Of a DNA stretch of 64,000 nucleotides, positions 20,191-28,645 are shown piece after piece. Numbering within the stretch: the stretch's first letter is position 1; every line of letters begins with the position of its first letter. The translations under genes and the position numbers were made by a program. The notes beneath the pieces are model-generated. The model was not told the origin of the DNA and searched no databases. It worked only from the letters and a program-made list of their open reading frames with translations. The DNA is from Sphingobacteriales bacterium 50-39. Its GTDB lineage: Bacteria; Bacteroidota; Bacteroidia; Chitinophagales; Chitinophagaceae. The stretch covers positions 39,151 to 103,150 of the forward strand of contig MKTZ01000021.1 in NCBI GenBank assembly GCA_001898505.1, in the 5' to 3' direction.

Positions 20191-21777
20191 ATGCTGCCCA
20201 CTTTCATTATATATATTGCTCTTATATTAGTCATCCTTTTTCTCGTGATGCTGGCCGAAAAGCTAAGGATCGCCTATCCCATCGTGCTGGTGCTTGGCGG
20301 GCTCGTGCTCAGCGTTTTTGACGGCTCGCATGCCATTTCGATCAATCCTGACCTGATATTTATCATATTCTTGCCTCCTCTCCTATACGAGGCGGCCTGG
20401 AACACGTCCTGGAAAAAGCTTTGGTATTGGAGACGGGTCATCGCGAGCTTCGCCTTTCTGATCGTACTCGTCACGTCGCTGGTAGTGGCGGTGATATCCA
20501 GTGCGATATTGCCCGGATTTACGATGGCTCTTGGATTTTTGCTGGGAGGGATCGTCTCTCCGCCGGATGCGGTGTCGGCTACTTCTGTCCTTAAGCATGT
20601 GCCGGTGTCCAAATCCCTCTCGGCTATCGTGGAAGGGGAAAGTCTTCTGAATGATGCGTCGAGCCTTATCGTCTTCCGATTTGCCCTGATCGCTGTGGAT
20701 ACGGGGAGGTTTGTTTTTCAGGAGGCTGCTATCAGTTTTGTGCTTGTCATCGTAATGGGGGTCCTCATCGGGCTGGGTGTAGCACTGATCTATTATGCCA
20801 TCTACAAATGGTTGCCTACGAGCACCAATATGGATATTGTTTTGAGTCTGACGGCGCCATATGTGATGTATATTGCGGCGGAGAGCTTTCATTTCTCCGG
20901 CGTACTGGCCGTGGTCTCGGGGGGGCTGTTCCTTTCGATGAAGAGCCATCTATTCCTTAGTCAGCGAAGCCGATTGCGGGGAGGCAATTTCTGGTCCACG
21001 CTGGGGTTTGTCCTGAATGGGCTGGTCTTTATGCTCATCGGGCTGCAATTACCTGTCATTGTGGGTCAGCTGGGCTCGGTGAAATTATCACAGGCGATCG
21101 GTTATGGTTTGCTGATCTCCGCGGTGCTGATCGTGGCGCGTATCCTCTGTACGTTGAGTGCATCCGCCTTTACGAGGTGGATCAGCCAATATATCACAAC
21201 CGCGGACAGCAATCCGGGTTGGAGGGGGCCGCTGATCTTCGGCTGGGCGGGCATGAGAGGCGTGGTCTCCCTGGCTGCCGCCTTGTCCATTCCATTGCAT
21301 CTCTCCAGTGGCGCTCCTTTTCCGCAGCGTGATCTCATCCTGTTCATCACCTTTATGGTGATACTGGTGACCCTGGTCATACAGGGCCTGACCTTACCCG
21401 TCGTCATCCGGTGGCTGCATGTGGAGACCAGGAACCCTTTTCTGCCGGAACAGGAGCAGGAACGTATACTTAGAAAAAAACTGGCATATTATGGACTGCA
21501 GTTCCTCAACGATGGTAACAAGGAGGTCATCGAAGGTAACCGCGCCTTGCAACAGCTCCGGGCGAGGTTCGAGAATGATCAGCTGCCCGTGGAAGAGAAT
21601 GTTGCTCAGCTGCACGAAGACTATCGCCGGGTGTATCTGCAGCTGCTGGAACGGCAACGGAAGGTATTGCATGAGCTGAATAAAAAGAATGAGATAGAGG
21701 ATGAGATCGTGAGGAAATACCTCACCATGCTGGACCTGGAAGAGGAGAAGCTGCGGATGAAGTTTGAAAGTGTATAG
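20191..21777 (+). CDS. Na+/H+ antiporter, CPA1 (NhaP) family
   Basis: 528 aa with ~12 TM helices plus a C-terminal cytoplasmic regulatory domain. Conserved ND and EGESLLNDA motifs. Confidence 0.85.
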   Translation: MLPTFIIYIALILVILFLVMLAEKLRIAYPIVLVLGGLVLSVFDGSHAISINPDLIFIIFLPPLLYEAAWNTSWKKLWYWRRVIASFAFLIVLVTSLVVAVISSAILPGFTMALGFLLGGIVSPPDAVSATSVLKHVPVSKSLSAIVEGESLLNDASSLIVFRFALIAVDTGRFVFQEAAISFVLVIVMGVLIGLGVALIYYAIYKWLPTSTNMDIVLSLTAPYVMYIAAESFHFSGVLAVVSGGLFLSMKSHLFLSQRSRLRGGNFWSTLGFVLNGLVFMLIGLQLPVIVGQLGSVKLSQAIGYGLLISAVLIVARILCTLSASAFTRWISQYITTADSNPGWRGPLIFGWAGMRGVVSLAAALSIPLHLSSGAPFPQRDLILFITFMVILVTLVIQGLTLPVVIRWLHVETRNPFLPEQEQERILRKKLAYYGLQFLNDGNKEVIEGNRALQQLRARFENDQLPVEENVAQLHEDYRRVYLQLLERQRKVLHELNKKNEIEDEIVRKYLTMLDLEEEKLRMKFESV

Positions 21778-21867
21778 GCCGGCAGGGTCCTGGCTTGTCA
21801 CAAATACCCCCTTTTATTGTCGTGTTTAACCATCCTCGCTCAGCAGTGAAGTATCTAGCTTTGGGGT

Positions 21868-22380
21868 ATGGAAAAAGAACTAACCAACGAGATAGAACAT
21901 ACGGTGGGCGAGCTGTTACGGGCCATCGACGTATTCGGACAGCCGGCATTTAATACGGCGCCGTTCGAAGGCAGCTGGACGCCTGGACAGGTGGTAGAGC
22001 ATATATATCTCTCCGCCTCGGGTATATTGAAGACAGTGGAAGGAAACACCGACGCCACGGAGCGTGATCCCGGCCAGATGGTGGCCCCGATGAAGGATGC
22101 TTTTTTGAACTTCTCCATCAAAATGCAATCGCCGGATTTTATCATTCCTTCCAATGAACCAAAGGATAAGTCCTTTATGATGCAATCGCTGAAAGATGCA
22201 TTCGCAGGACTTGCCCGGGTGGCGAGGTCCCAGGACCTTCTCGTCACCTGTCTGGATTTCGAGATGCCCACTGTGGGACACATGACGCGGCTGGAATATC
22301 TGTCGTTTGTGGTCGTGCATACCCAGCGGCATATCTGGCAGTTGAAGAAGATAGCGGTGATCATGGGGGCGACGGAGTAA
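21868..22380 (+). CDS. DinB_2 family protein
   Basis: 170 aa. Helical His-containing motifs (VVEHIYL...VVVHTQRHIWQ). Paralog-like to 13143-13679 and 23993-24475. Confidence 0.65.
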   Translation: MEKELTNEIEHTVGELLRAIDVFGQPAFNTAPFEGSWTPGQVVEHIYLSASGILKTVEGNTDATERDPGQMVAPMKDAFLNFSIKMQSPDFIIPSNEPKDKSFMMQSLKDAFAGLARVARSQDLLVTCLDFEMPTVGHMTRLEYLSFVVVHTQRHIWQLKKIAVIMGATE

Positions 22381-22417
22381 GCGGCCCGAGGCCGGGCTCA
22401 ATGCGCCTATAATCTGC

Positions 22418-23932
22418 TCACTTATGCGTGACCCTTTCCAGCAGGGCTTCCAGCTCTTTCACCTTTTCGGGGTATTTTGTTGCCAGATTGTTTTTTTCTC
22501 CTATGTCGTCCTTTAAGTTGTAGAGTTGTGGGTATGAAGCGTTGCCAGTTTCTATTCCTACGGCATGCATCAGCGGAGGGCCGGGATGGGGGTGAATATA
22601 TTTCCAGTTGCCTTCCACAATGGCTGTGGGATCGGCCAAGCCTTGCTCCACCAAAATACGACGTCCTTCTGTGTCAGCCTGCCCCAAAAATGTTTGCAGG
22701 TGATCTTCGCTGTCGGGGGCCTCTCCGGCGGGGACCTTTTGTCCTAACAGGTGCGCAAATGATGCTAAGAGATCTATCTGTGATACCAGGGCGTTCGATA
22801 TGCTGGGCGCGATGTGGGTGGGCCAGGAGATAATAAACGGTATGCGGGTCCCACCTTCCAAAGCGCTGTATTTTCCGCCTCGCATGGGACCAGCGGGCGT
22901 ATGCCCGTTGAGCATACTTACAGCGCCGTCCTGATAGCCATCATCAAGCACAGGTCCGTTGTCGCTGGTGAATATGACAATGGTGTTTTTTTTCAGTCCG
23001 CTGAGCTCAAGGTATTTCATCAATTGTCCGATGGTCCAATCCAGCTGCAATATGTCATCGCCACGATAGCCGAGGCCGCTGGCGCCTTTGAACCGTGTGG
23101 CGGGCATCCTGGGGACATGCGGCTCTGTTAGCGCGAAATAAAGGAAGAAAGGAGTTTTACGGTGGTCTTCTATGAATTGAAGCGCTTTGAACATAAAGGT
23201 GGAAGACAACTCTTCATCCACCCAGCGGGCGCGGCGTCCGCCTGACATATAACCAATGCGGCCGATGCCGTTTACAATGGTATTGTTATGTCCTTCTGAG
23301 GACTTCATCTTTAATAGTTCGGGATGTTCCGCTCCTGTGGGGTCGTCTCCGATCTTTTTGGTATAATCCACGGCGATGGGGTCATCGGGATCAGCGGCCA
23401 GGACCTTACGGTTTTCTAAAAATACGGTCGGGACCCTATCTGCAGTGGCCGGGAAAATAAATGAGTAGTCAAAACCTACGTCATTGGGACCAGGTCTTAT
23501 CTCTCCGTTCCAGTTTTTCGCCACACTGTCTCCTAAGCCCAGGTGCCATTTACCTACAATGCCGGTGGAATATCCTGCCTGCTTAAATACTTTTGGTAAA
23601 GTAATTTTGTCAACGGGCACAATGAGCGCCGCGTCCCCCGGCAGGATCCCGGTGCCGCGTTTGCGCCAGGGGTATTGCCCTGTCATCAATGCATAGCGGG
23701 ATGGGGTACAGGTGCCTGAAGTACAATGCCCGTTGGTAAACCGGATACCCGATGCAGCCAGTTTGTCGAGGTTCGGGGTATGTATCTTTGTTGCCCCATA
23801 ACAGCTGAGATCTCCATAACCCAGGTCATCGGCATAGATATAGATGACATTGGGTTTTTGCTGTGCTGGAACCAGATGAAAGGCCAGGATGCACGAGGAC
23901 AGTAAGATCAGATGGCGTAACATGGTGTGCAA
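22418..23932 (-). CDS. arylsulfatase (sulfatase family, formylglycine-dependent)
   Basis: Signal peptide. Canonical C-x-P-S-R sulfatase signature (CTSGTCTPSRYALMTGQYPWR) and GKWHLG motif. Confidence 0.9.
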   Translation of the reverse strand: MHTMLRHLILLSSCILAFHLVPAQQKPNVIYIYADDLGYGDLSCYGATKIHTPNLDKLAASGIRFTNGHCTSGTCTPSRYALMTGQYPWRKRGTGILPGDAALIVPVDKITLPKVFKQAGYSTGIVGKWHLGLGDSVAKNWNGEIRPGPNDVGFDYSFIFPATADRVPTVFLENRKVLAADPDDPIAVDYTKKIGDDPTGAEHPELLKMKSSEGHNNTIVNGIGRIGYMSGGRRARWVDEELSSTFMFKALQFIEDHRKTPFFLYFALTEPHVPRMPATRFKGASGLGYRGDDILQLDWTIGQLMKYLELSGLKKNTIVIFTSDNGPVLDDGYQDGAVSMLNGHTPAGPMRGGKYSALEGGTRIPFIISWPTHIAPSISNALVSQIDLLASFAHLLGQKVPAGEAPDSEDHLQTFLGQADTEGRRILVEQGLADPTAIVEGNWKYIHPHPGPPLMHAVGIETGNASYPQLYNLKDDIGEKNNLATKYPEKVKELEALLERVTHK

Positions 23933-23992
23933 ATTTGCACAAATATAATTCCGATGCTGATACTTTGAGCGCTGCCCGGCATTCGGAGTTTT

Positions 23993-24475
23993 TTAGTTTT
24001 TCAGCAATATCAGCTGGCCGAGGTGATAAGAGATATGGATGGCCCGGCCGATGAGTACATTTAATCTGTTGCGATGCGGCTCCTTCTGAAAATCTTCTTC
24101 GGAGACGGACATGTGTCGCTGGAACCATTGCTCTTCTGTCAGGGTGGCAAGACGTTGTTCAAGGTGTGCATGTACTTCTTTCCAAAGCTCCCTTAATTGT
24201 GTTATGGAAGGGGTTTTCTTTCCTGAGCGGTCGGGGCTGGTGATATAGATCTCTTCCAGCTCGGGGTGAAGCTTTTCTCCTAATCCGAACAGGGGAACGA
24301 TGCCGTCGTGTACGGCAATAAGATGTCCGATCAGATAAGCTCCTGTGTTACGGCCGGGAGCGATCTCTTGTGACAGCTGTTCATCGGTGAGGGTGTTCAA
24401 CAGGCTGGTGACTCTTTTAAGCTGACCTTCCCAGGAGAGCAGGCCCATTTTTACAACAAGGGTTTGATGGTGCAT
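23993..24475 (-). CDS. DinB_2 family protein
   Basis: 160 aa. Conserved His pattern (IGHLIAVHDG...HISYHLGQL). Confidence 0.65.
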   Translation of the reverse strand: MHHQTLVVKMGLLSWEGQLKRVTSLLNTLTDEQLSQEIAPGRNTGAYLIGHLIAVHDGIVPLFGLGEKLHPELEEIYITSPDRSGKKTPSITQLRELWKEVHAHLEQRLATLTEEQWFQRHMSVSEEDFQKEPHRNRLNVLIGRAIHISYHLGQLILLKN

Positions 24476-24536
24476 GGTGGTTATGTGTTTGTCGATGAAT
24501 TACAAACAAAACTACCAATTGTTCGACCGGCCCTGC

Positions 24537-25004
24537 TCAATGTACTTTCCCATGTGCGGACAGGTCCTGGATCACGGGTCTGTCCCAGGACGTTTTATCA
24601 AAGATGGCGGCTGCCATGACACCGGTGGTAAAGCCGCAGGCGGAATGAGGGTCGTCGTACAGGCCCAGGATCTCAACTGTCCTGGGGTAAAAATGGAAGA
24701 TGATGGTACAGGTGGAGTCATTGGATGGGTGATACCGGGCGACGTTGTCGTCATAGGGTAATGTATCTATTATTGACCCCGACTCGTAGTTGGGATATCC
24801 TTTATTGATATAACAGGATATGGCAATCCTGCCGCTGTCCAATAGTTCCACCCTGATCTCGCCCGAGTGACCGAGAACATGATGTCTTTTGACAGTACCG
24901 GTGAGGGTATAGGTACCCGTGGGATTGATAAATTCGGGGGCGACGCCGCTACAGAGCAGGCTCTGGCAGAGTAGTACAACGGGGATGATGAACAGACGTT
25001 TCAT
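24537..25004 (-). CDS. hypothetical secreted protein
   Basis: Signal peptide MKRLFIIPVVLLCQSLLCSG. No recognisable domain. Confidence 0.5.
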   Translation of the reverse strand: MKRLFIIPVVLLCQSLLCSGVAPEFINPTGTYTLTGTVKRHHVLGHSGEIRVELLDSGRIAISCYINKGYPNYESGSIIDTLPYDDNVARYHPSNDSTCTIIFHFYPRTVEILGLYDDPHSACGFTTGVMAAAIFDKTSWDRPVIQDLSAHGKVH

Positions 25005-25270
25005 AAGCGTAGATGCTTTTTAATTGATTGAGAAAAAAGAGTTTCCTCATGTCTGTCGTCGGCTGGAAGATGTTTTTGAAAAAAATATCTTTCTAAAAAG
25101 TTGGAGGTATCAGAGAAATTGTTGCATCTTTGCACTGTTAAAGAAATCTTAAATCAAATGCAACGCACATTCGTCATAGCAAAGTTAGATAATAGCCGGG
25201 AGATTGGGCTATATCCTGTGCGGGGCTTATTTTGTATATAATCTATTTAGAATTAAAACACTATAACGAA

Positions 25271-25296
25271 CCCCGCAAGAGATTGCGGGGTTTTTT
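25271..25296 (+). terminator. intrinsic terminator (no annotated upstream protein gene on this strand)
   Basis: ccccgcaa-gaga-ttgcgggg forms a perfect 8-bp GC-rich stem followed by tttttt. Confidence 0.55.
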
Positions 25297-25480
25297 GGTG
25301 CCCCAAAAAACTGTGTTTCATTCTATGCTCAACCATAGGACACGACGATATAACTGTTCTTGCGACGGATATCAGGCCAGTCAAAACTGGTTTAATACCC
25401 GAATGGAAGAGGTATGTCTGCGACGACCGGGAACGATATCATGGGGATTCGTGTAATGCGGATCTTGAAAAATGGTGGAA

Positions 25481-25508
25481 CCCGGTCAATGATGACCGGG
25501 TTTTTTTT
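25481..25508 (+). terminator. intrinsic terminator closing a ~200-nt non-coding stretch
   Basis: cccggtca-atga-tgaccggg forms a perfect 8-bp stem followed by tttttttt. Confidence 0.6.
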
Positions 25509-25527
25509 GTGGTGTGCCGGACACTTT

Positions 25528-25600
25528 GATCTGTTCGTCTAATGGCTGAGGACGCGGGGCTTTCTACCTCGTAATATGGGTTCGAATCCCATACAGATCA
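25528..25600 (+). tRNA. tRNA, anticodon TTC by position (Glu), atypical U37
   Basis: Perfect 7-bp acceptor (gatctgt/acagatc). D-stem gtct/ggac. Anticodon stem cgggg/cctcg with loop ctTTCta. T-arm atggg-ttcgaat-cccat. 73 nt. A pyrimidine at position 37 is unusual, so the isotype call is tentative. Confidence 0.65.
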
Positions 25601-25611
25601 CGTAGTTGTAT

Positions 25612-25683
25612 TGCGATCTGGTGTAAGGGTAACACGCCACTCTCATAAGGTGGAGGATTCCGGTTCGAATCTGGAGGTCGCAA
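25612..25683 (+). tRNA. tRNA with CAT anticodon (Met, initiator or Ile-lysidine not distinguishable by eye)
   Basis: Acceptor tgcgatc/ggtcgca (one GU pair). D-arm gtgt-aagggta-acac. Anticodon stem ccact/ggtgg with loop ctCATaa. T-arm tccgg-ttcgaat-ctgga. 72 nt. Confidence 0.8.
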
Positions 25684-25688
25684 CGTAA

Positions 25689-25760
25689 TAGTCAGTAGCT
25701 CAATGGCAGAGCGCCGGCCTGTTAAGTCGGTGGTTGAAGGTTCGAGTCTTTCTTCATCCG
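25689..25760 (+). tRNA. tRNA-like sequence with GTT (Asn) anticodon arm but unpaired acceptor stem (probable pseudo-tRNA or tRNA-like element)
   Basis: Good D-arm (gctc-aatggca-gagc). Good anticodon arm (ccggc-ctGTTaa-gtcgg). Good T-arm (gaagg-ttcgagt-ctttc). The flanking 7-mers tagtcag and ttcatcc cannot base-pair. Confidence 0.35.
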
Positions 25761-25786
25761 CAAATATTCGTGAGTGCGACGAAGAT

Positions 25787-25863
25787 GGTGTTCTGGCAGA
25801 GATGGTTCTATTGCACCGGTCTGAAATACCGGCTATTGGGGTTCGATTCCCCGGGCACCGCCA
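25787..25863 (+). tRNA. tRNA-like sequence with GAA (Phe) anticodon arm, degenerate D-arm and weak acceptor pairing (possible pseudo-tRNA)
   Basis: Anticodon arm ccggt-ctGAAat-accgg. T-arm tgggg-ttcgatt-ccccg. 3' end ggcaccg-c-ca. The D-arm is irregular and the acceptor pairs only through several GU wobbles. Confidence 0.35.
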
Positions 25864-25976
25864 AAAAATAAATGTTATGCTGATCCTTGTAATGAAATAG
25901 CATCGTGATCACTCGCCACTTCGGCGGCGGATCAATTATGTAATAGAAAGATCAAATGCCATTTTAAACATTAATT

Positions 25977-27050
25977 ATGGACAACCAACAACTTTCAAAT
26001 GTCATCAATGCGAGTGCATTGTTTGACAGCTACCTTATGGATGGGAAGTCCTTGTATCTGCATTGTTTCAATGCGCTCCCCAATGTTAGCTATATAGGTA
26101 ACATCGATGGAGAAAAGGCATATAAGGCTTTTACTGCGCAATTCAAGGAGAATATTGCACGGATCTATCAATACAGGTGGTATGACAATAGGGACAAGGA
26201 ATTTCGCTTCTCGAACACATTCGTAGTAATGAAAAATAACTGCATTGTCGAGTTCGATGCCGGATACTGCGAAATGCTGCACGACGGGACGGTGGATGTA
26301 TTTATCGATGAGGTGGTTAAGAAAGTGCGTCATTTTAAGGAGAGGAACAAGCGAAAACCGCTGGAGATCAACTTGGTCGTCTCGCATAACGGGAGATTGT
26401 CCCTGAAAACTATGGAGGTCAAGCGTAACAGACTGGATATCGATCTGTACTATGAAGATGATTTCAAGGAGACGGATGCCGTGATAAGGAAGCGCTTGAA
26501 TAAAAAGAACGATAAGGGGATCGTGCTGCTGCATGGTATTCCCGGGTCGGGGAAGACGACGTACTTACGTTATCTCATCGGCAAGATCAGGAAGCGGGTA
26601 TTGTTCCTTTCTCCGTCCCTTGCGGGGAGCCTGACCAGCCCGGATTTTATCCAGCTATTGATGGACAATCCCAATACGGTGCTTGTCATCGAAGACGCGG
26701 AGAATGTGATCATGGACAGGCGGCATCATTCCGGGAGTTCCGTATCCAATCTGTTGAATGTGTCTGACGGGCTGCTGGCGGACTGTCTGAATATCCAGCT
26801 GATATGCACTTTCAATAGCGCCCTGTCGCTGGTGGACAGCGCGCTGATGCGTAAGGGCAGACTGATCGCTAAATACGAATTTGGCAAGCTTAGCATCGCC
26901 AAGGCGCAACGTCTGAGCAAACATCTGGGTTTGGAGACGAATATCGATAAACCTATGACCATTGCTGAAATAACCAATCCTCATGAAAAGGACCATTTGG
27001 AAGGCCGGGTAGAGATCATCGGGTTCAGGACAAGCGCAATGAAAAATTGA
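25977..27050 (+). CDS. AAA family ATPase (classic clade) with a ~180-aa N-terminal domain of unknown function
   Basis: Walker A (GIVLLHGIPGSGKTTYL), Walker B (TVLVIEDAENV), sensor-1 (ICTFNS) and SRH with Arg fingers (DSALMRKGRL). The stop overlaps or abuts the next ORF. Confidence 0.85.
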   Translation: MDNQQLSNVINASALFDSYLMDGKSLYLHCFNALPNVSYIGNIDGEKAYKAFTAQFKENIARIYQYRWYDNRDKEFRFSNTFVVMKNNCIVEFDAGYCEMLHDGTVDVFIDEVVKKVRHFKERNKRKPLEINLVVSHNGRLSLKTMEVKRNRLDIDLYYEDDFKETDAVIRKRLNKKNDKGIVLLHGIPGSGKTTYLRYLIGKIRKRVLFLSPSLAGSLTSPDFIQLLMDNPNTVLVIEDAENVIMDRRHHSGSSVSNLLNVSDGLLADCLNIQLICTFNSALSLVDSALMRKGRLIAKYEFGKLSIAKAQRLSKHLGLETNIDKPMTIAEITNPHEKDHLEGRVEIIGFRTSAMKN

Positions 27051-27070
27051 ATAGAGTAATAGCATGTGTT

Positions 27071-27559
27071 ATGGAACAGTTGCAACAGAAATGGAGGCGC
27101 CTCGACAGGTCGCTGGTTGAAAGGGATATCGAGGACGAGATCAGGGCAGCCCTGGTCAGGGAAAAGGAAGCAGGTCATGAGTTGAAGGTCTGCATCGGCA
27201 CGGACAGCCAGGTAAAGGGCACGGAGACGGAGTTCGCCACTGTCATCGTCTTTATCCGGAAAGGTAAGGGTGGATTTATGTACGTCAATAGCGAGATCTC
27301 CCGGCAGAAAATGAGCGTCAAAGAGAGGATGTTGAAGGAGGTTGCCAGGAGTATTGCAGTGGCGTATCCGTTGAGCCGGCTGTTCACTTTGTATGGAGTG
27401 GATATGGAAGTGCATGCGGATATCAACACCAATCCTGGATTTAAGAGCAACGACGCTTTGAAGGAGGCGATGGGGTATATCCTGGGAATGGGATTTTCTT
27501 TCCGGGCCAAGCCCGAGGCATTTGCCAGCTCCAGCTGTGCGAATAAGGTGGTGCAATGA
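27071..27559 (+). CDS. small protein with predicted RNase H-like fold (YkuK/DUF458-like), translationally coupled to the AAA ATPase
   Basis: 163 aa from the ATG at 27071; an in-frame TTG at 27047 overlaps the upstream stop. Alternating beta/alpha pattern with acidic residues at strand ends (KVCIGTDSQ, TVIVFIR, GVDMEVHADIN), as in RNase H-like nucleases. Fold assignment is inferred, not demonstrated. Confidence 0.5.
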   Translation: MEQLQQKWRRLDRSLVERDIEDEIRAALVREKEAGHELKVCIGTDSQVKGTETEFATVIVFIRKGKGGFMYVNSEISRQKMSVKERMLKEVARSIAVAYPLSRLFTLYGVDMEVHADINTNPGFKSNDALKEAMGYILGMGFSFRAKPEAFASSSCANKVVQ

Positions 27560-27562
27560 GAG

Positions 27563-28585
27563 CTATGCGTCGGCAGCGCTATACAGTTCATGCATAAGCC
27601 GTACCTTTTTCCGGATGGATCGTACAAGACGGGAAGGGGAGAGGACCTTCAATCCCTCCCCAAATCCCATCAGTTCGCGTTCCAGCTCGAAATTTGGGAT
27701 CACCTGAATGCTGAAATGCACACCGGTGGGTGTGGTCTCGATGACCTTTTGGGTGTGATGAATGGGTTTGGTCCGGATGTAGGGAGCATGATAGTGATTG
27801 GCCCAGAAGATGATCTCTATGGGCGCCTCGCCTATATTTCGAGTGACGCCTATGATGGAATGAAAATACGTATGTGGGTCAAAATCCTTTTGCCGGCGAT
27901 AAACTTCTCCAGGCCCCAAGGCTATATCCTGGATGCGATCCAGCGCAAAAGTGATGATATCGCGACCTGCCTGTAGCATACCAAGGACAAACCAGCGGTT
28001 GCGGTACTCCTTGAGCAAGTAGGGATAGAATATCAGGTCGCTTGGTTGGCGGGCTTTGAAGGATTGATAGGTTAGCCGGACGGTGGTGGAGGAAATAATG
28101 GCTTTATAAAGTATATCCAGCCATTGCATGCCGGTGAGCAGATCATTCTTTTCAAAGTCGATGACGAGGGGAGACTGTGACTGTTCGCTGTGTATCTGAT
28201 CTTCCAGCCGGCTGATCATTTCGGACATGCCTGTCAGATGACTGAAGCCTTTGAATTGTTGTAGCAGATGGGATACTTCCTGTAGCACACCCAGGTCCTG
28301 GGAGCTGAGCGGGATATTGGTAATAGAATAGGATGGGTCCTCGTAGCTGTAATATTTCTTGTCGCGTACGATGATGGGGGCATTATAGCCCAGCTTGTCG
28401 CTACGCATGGCGTTGAGATCCATACGGATGGTCCGGAGGCTCACCCCGCGGCGGATGCCTTCGTATTCGTACAAGGCCTCATTACAGGCTTCGATAAGGT
28501 CTTCGATCGTCCATTTCCGGCGGCGGTTTTGCAGGCATTTATCGATGGTGCGATAACGGATAAGGGCATTGCGGTTGACGGGCAT
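27563..28585 (-). CDS. WYL-domain transcriptional regulator (YafY/HTH-WYL-WCX family)
   Basis: 340 aa. N-terminal wHTH (WTIEDLIEACNEALYEYEG...SLRTIRMDL). Central WYL domain hallmark (YPYLLKEYRNRWFVLGMLQAGRDIITFALDRIQDI). Divergent from rsr. Confidence 0.8.
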   Translation of the reverse strand: MPVNRNALIRYRTIDKCLQNRRRKWTIEDLIEACNEALYEYEGIRRGVSLRTIRMDLNAMRSDKLGYNAPIIVRDKKYYSYEDPSYSITNIPLSSQDLGVLQEVSHLLQQFKGFSHLTGMSEMISRLEDQIHSEQSQSPLVIDFEKNDLLTGMQWLDILYKAIISSTTVRLTYQSFKARQPSDLIFYPYLLKEYRNRWFVLGMLQAGRDIITFALDRIQDIALGPGEVYRRQKDFDPHTYFHSIIGVTRNIGEAPIEIIFWANHYHAPYIRTKPIHHTQKVIETTPTGVHFSIQVIPNFELERELMGFGEGLKVLSPSRLVRSIRKKVRLMHELYSAADA

Positions 28586-28624
28586 CAGAAAGAAATTTTT
28601 ACAAAAAAAAGGAAAAATATTTTA

Positions 28625-28645
28625 CTGTGCGAATAGATTGCACAG
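28625..28645. promoter_or_regulatory. inverted-repeat operator candidate in the WYL-regulator/rsr divergent intergenic region
   Basis: CTGTGC-gaatagatt-GCACAG: perfect 6-bp arms with a 9-nt spacer, centred ~88 nt upstream of the rsr ATG and ~50 nt upstream of the regulator ATG. Confidence 0.3.

Noticed and set aside
25232-25456. 74-aa ORF spanning the first intrinsic terminator
   Set aside because: It reads straight through a perfect GC hairpin plus T-tract. It has rare-codon content and is not protein-like, so the region is more likely non-coding RNA.
25297-25480. SRP (4.5S) RNA identity for the 200-nt terminator-bounded stretch
   Set aside because: The segment ccgaatggaagagg only loosely resembles the SRP domain IV GGAA-tetraloop motif, and the conserved helix-8 pattern is not reproduced. 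It is left as an unassigned candidate sRNA.
25703-25900. 65-aa ORF (MAERRPVKSV...) overlapping the tRNA-like units
   Set aside because: It lies entirely within tRNA or tRNA-like sequence and has no protein-like composition. It is an artefact of the six-frame scan.
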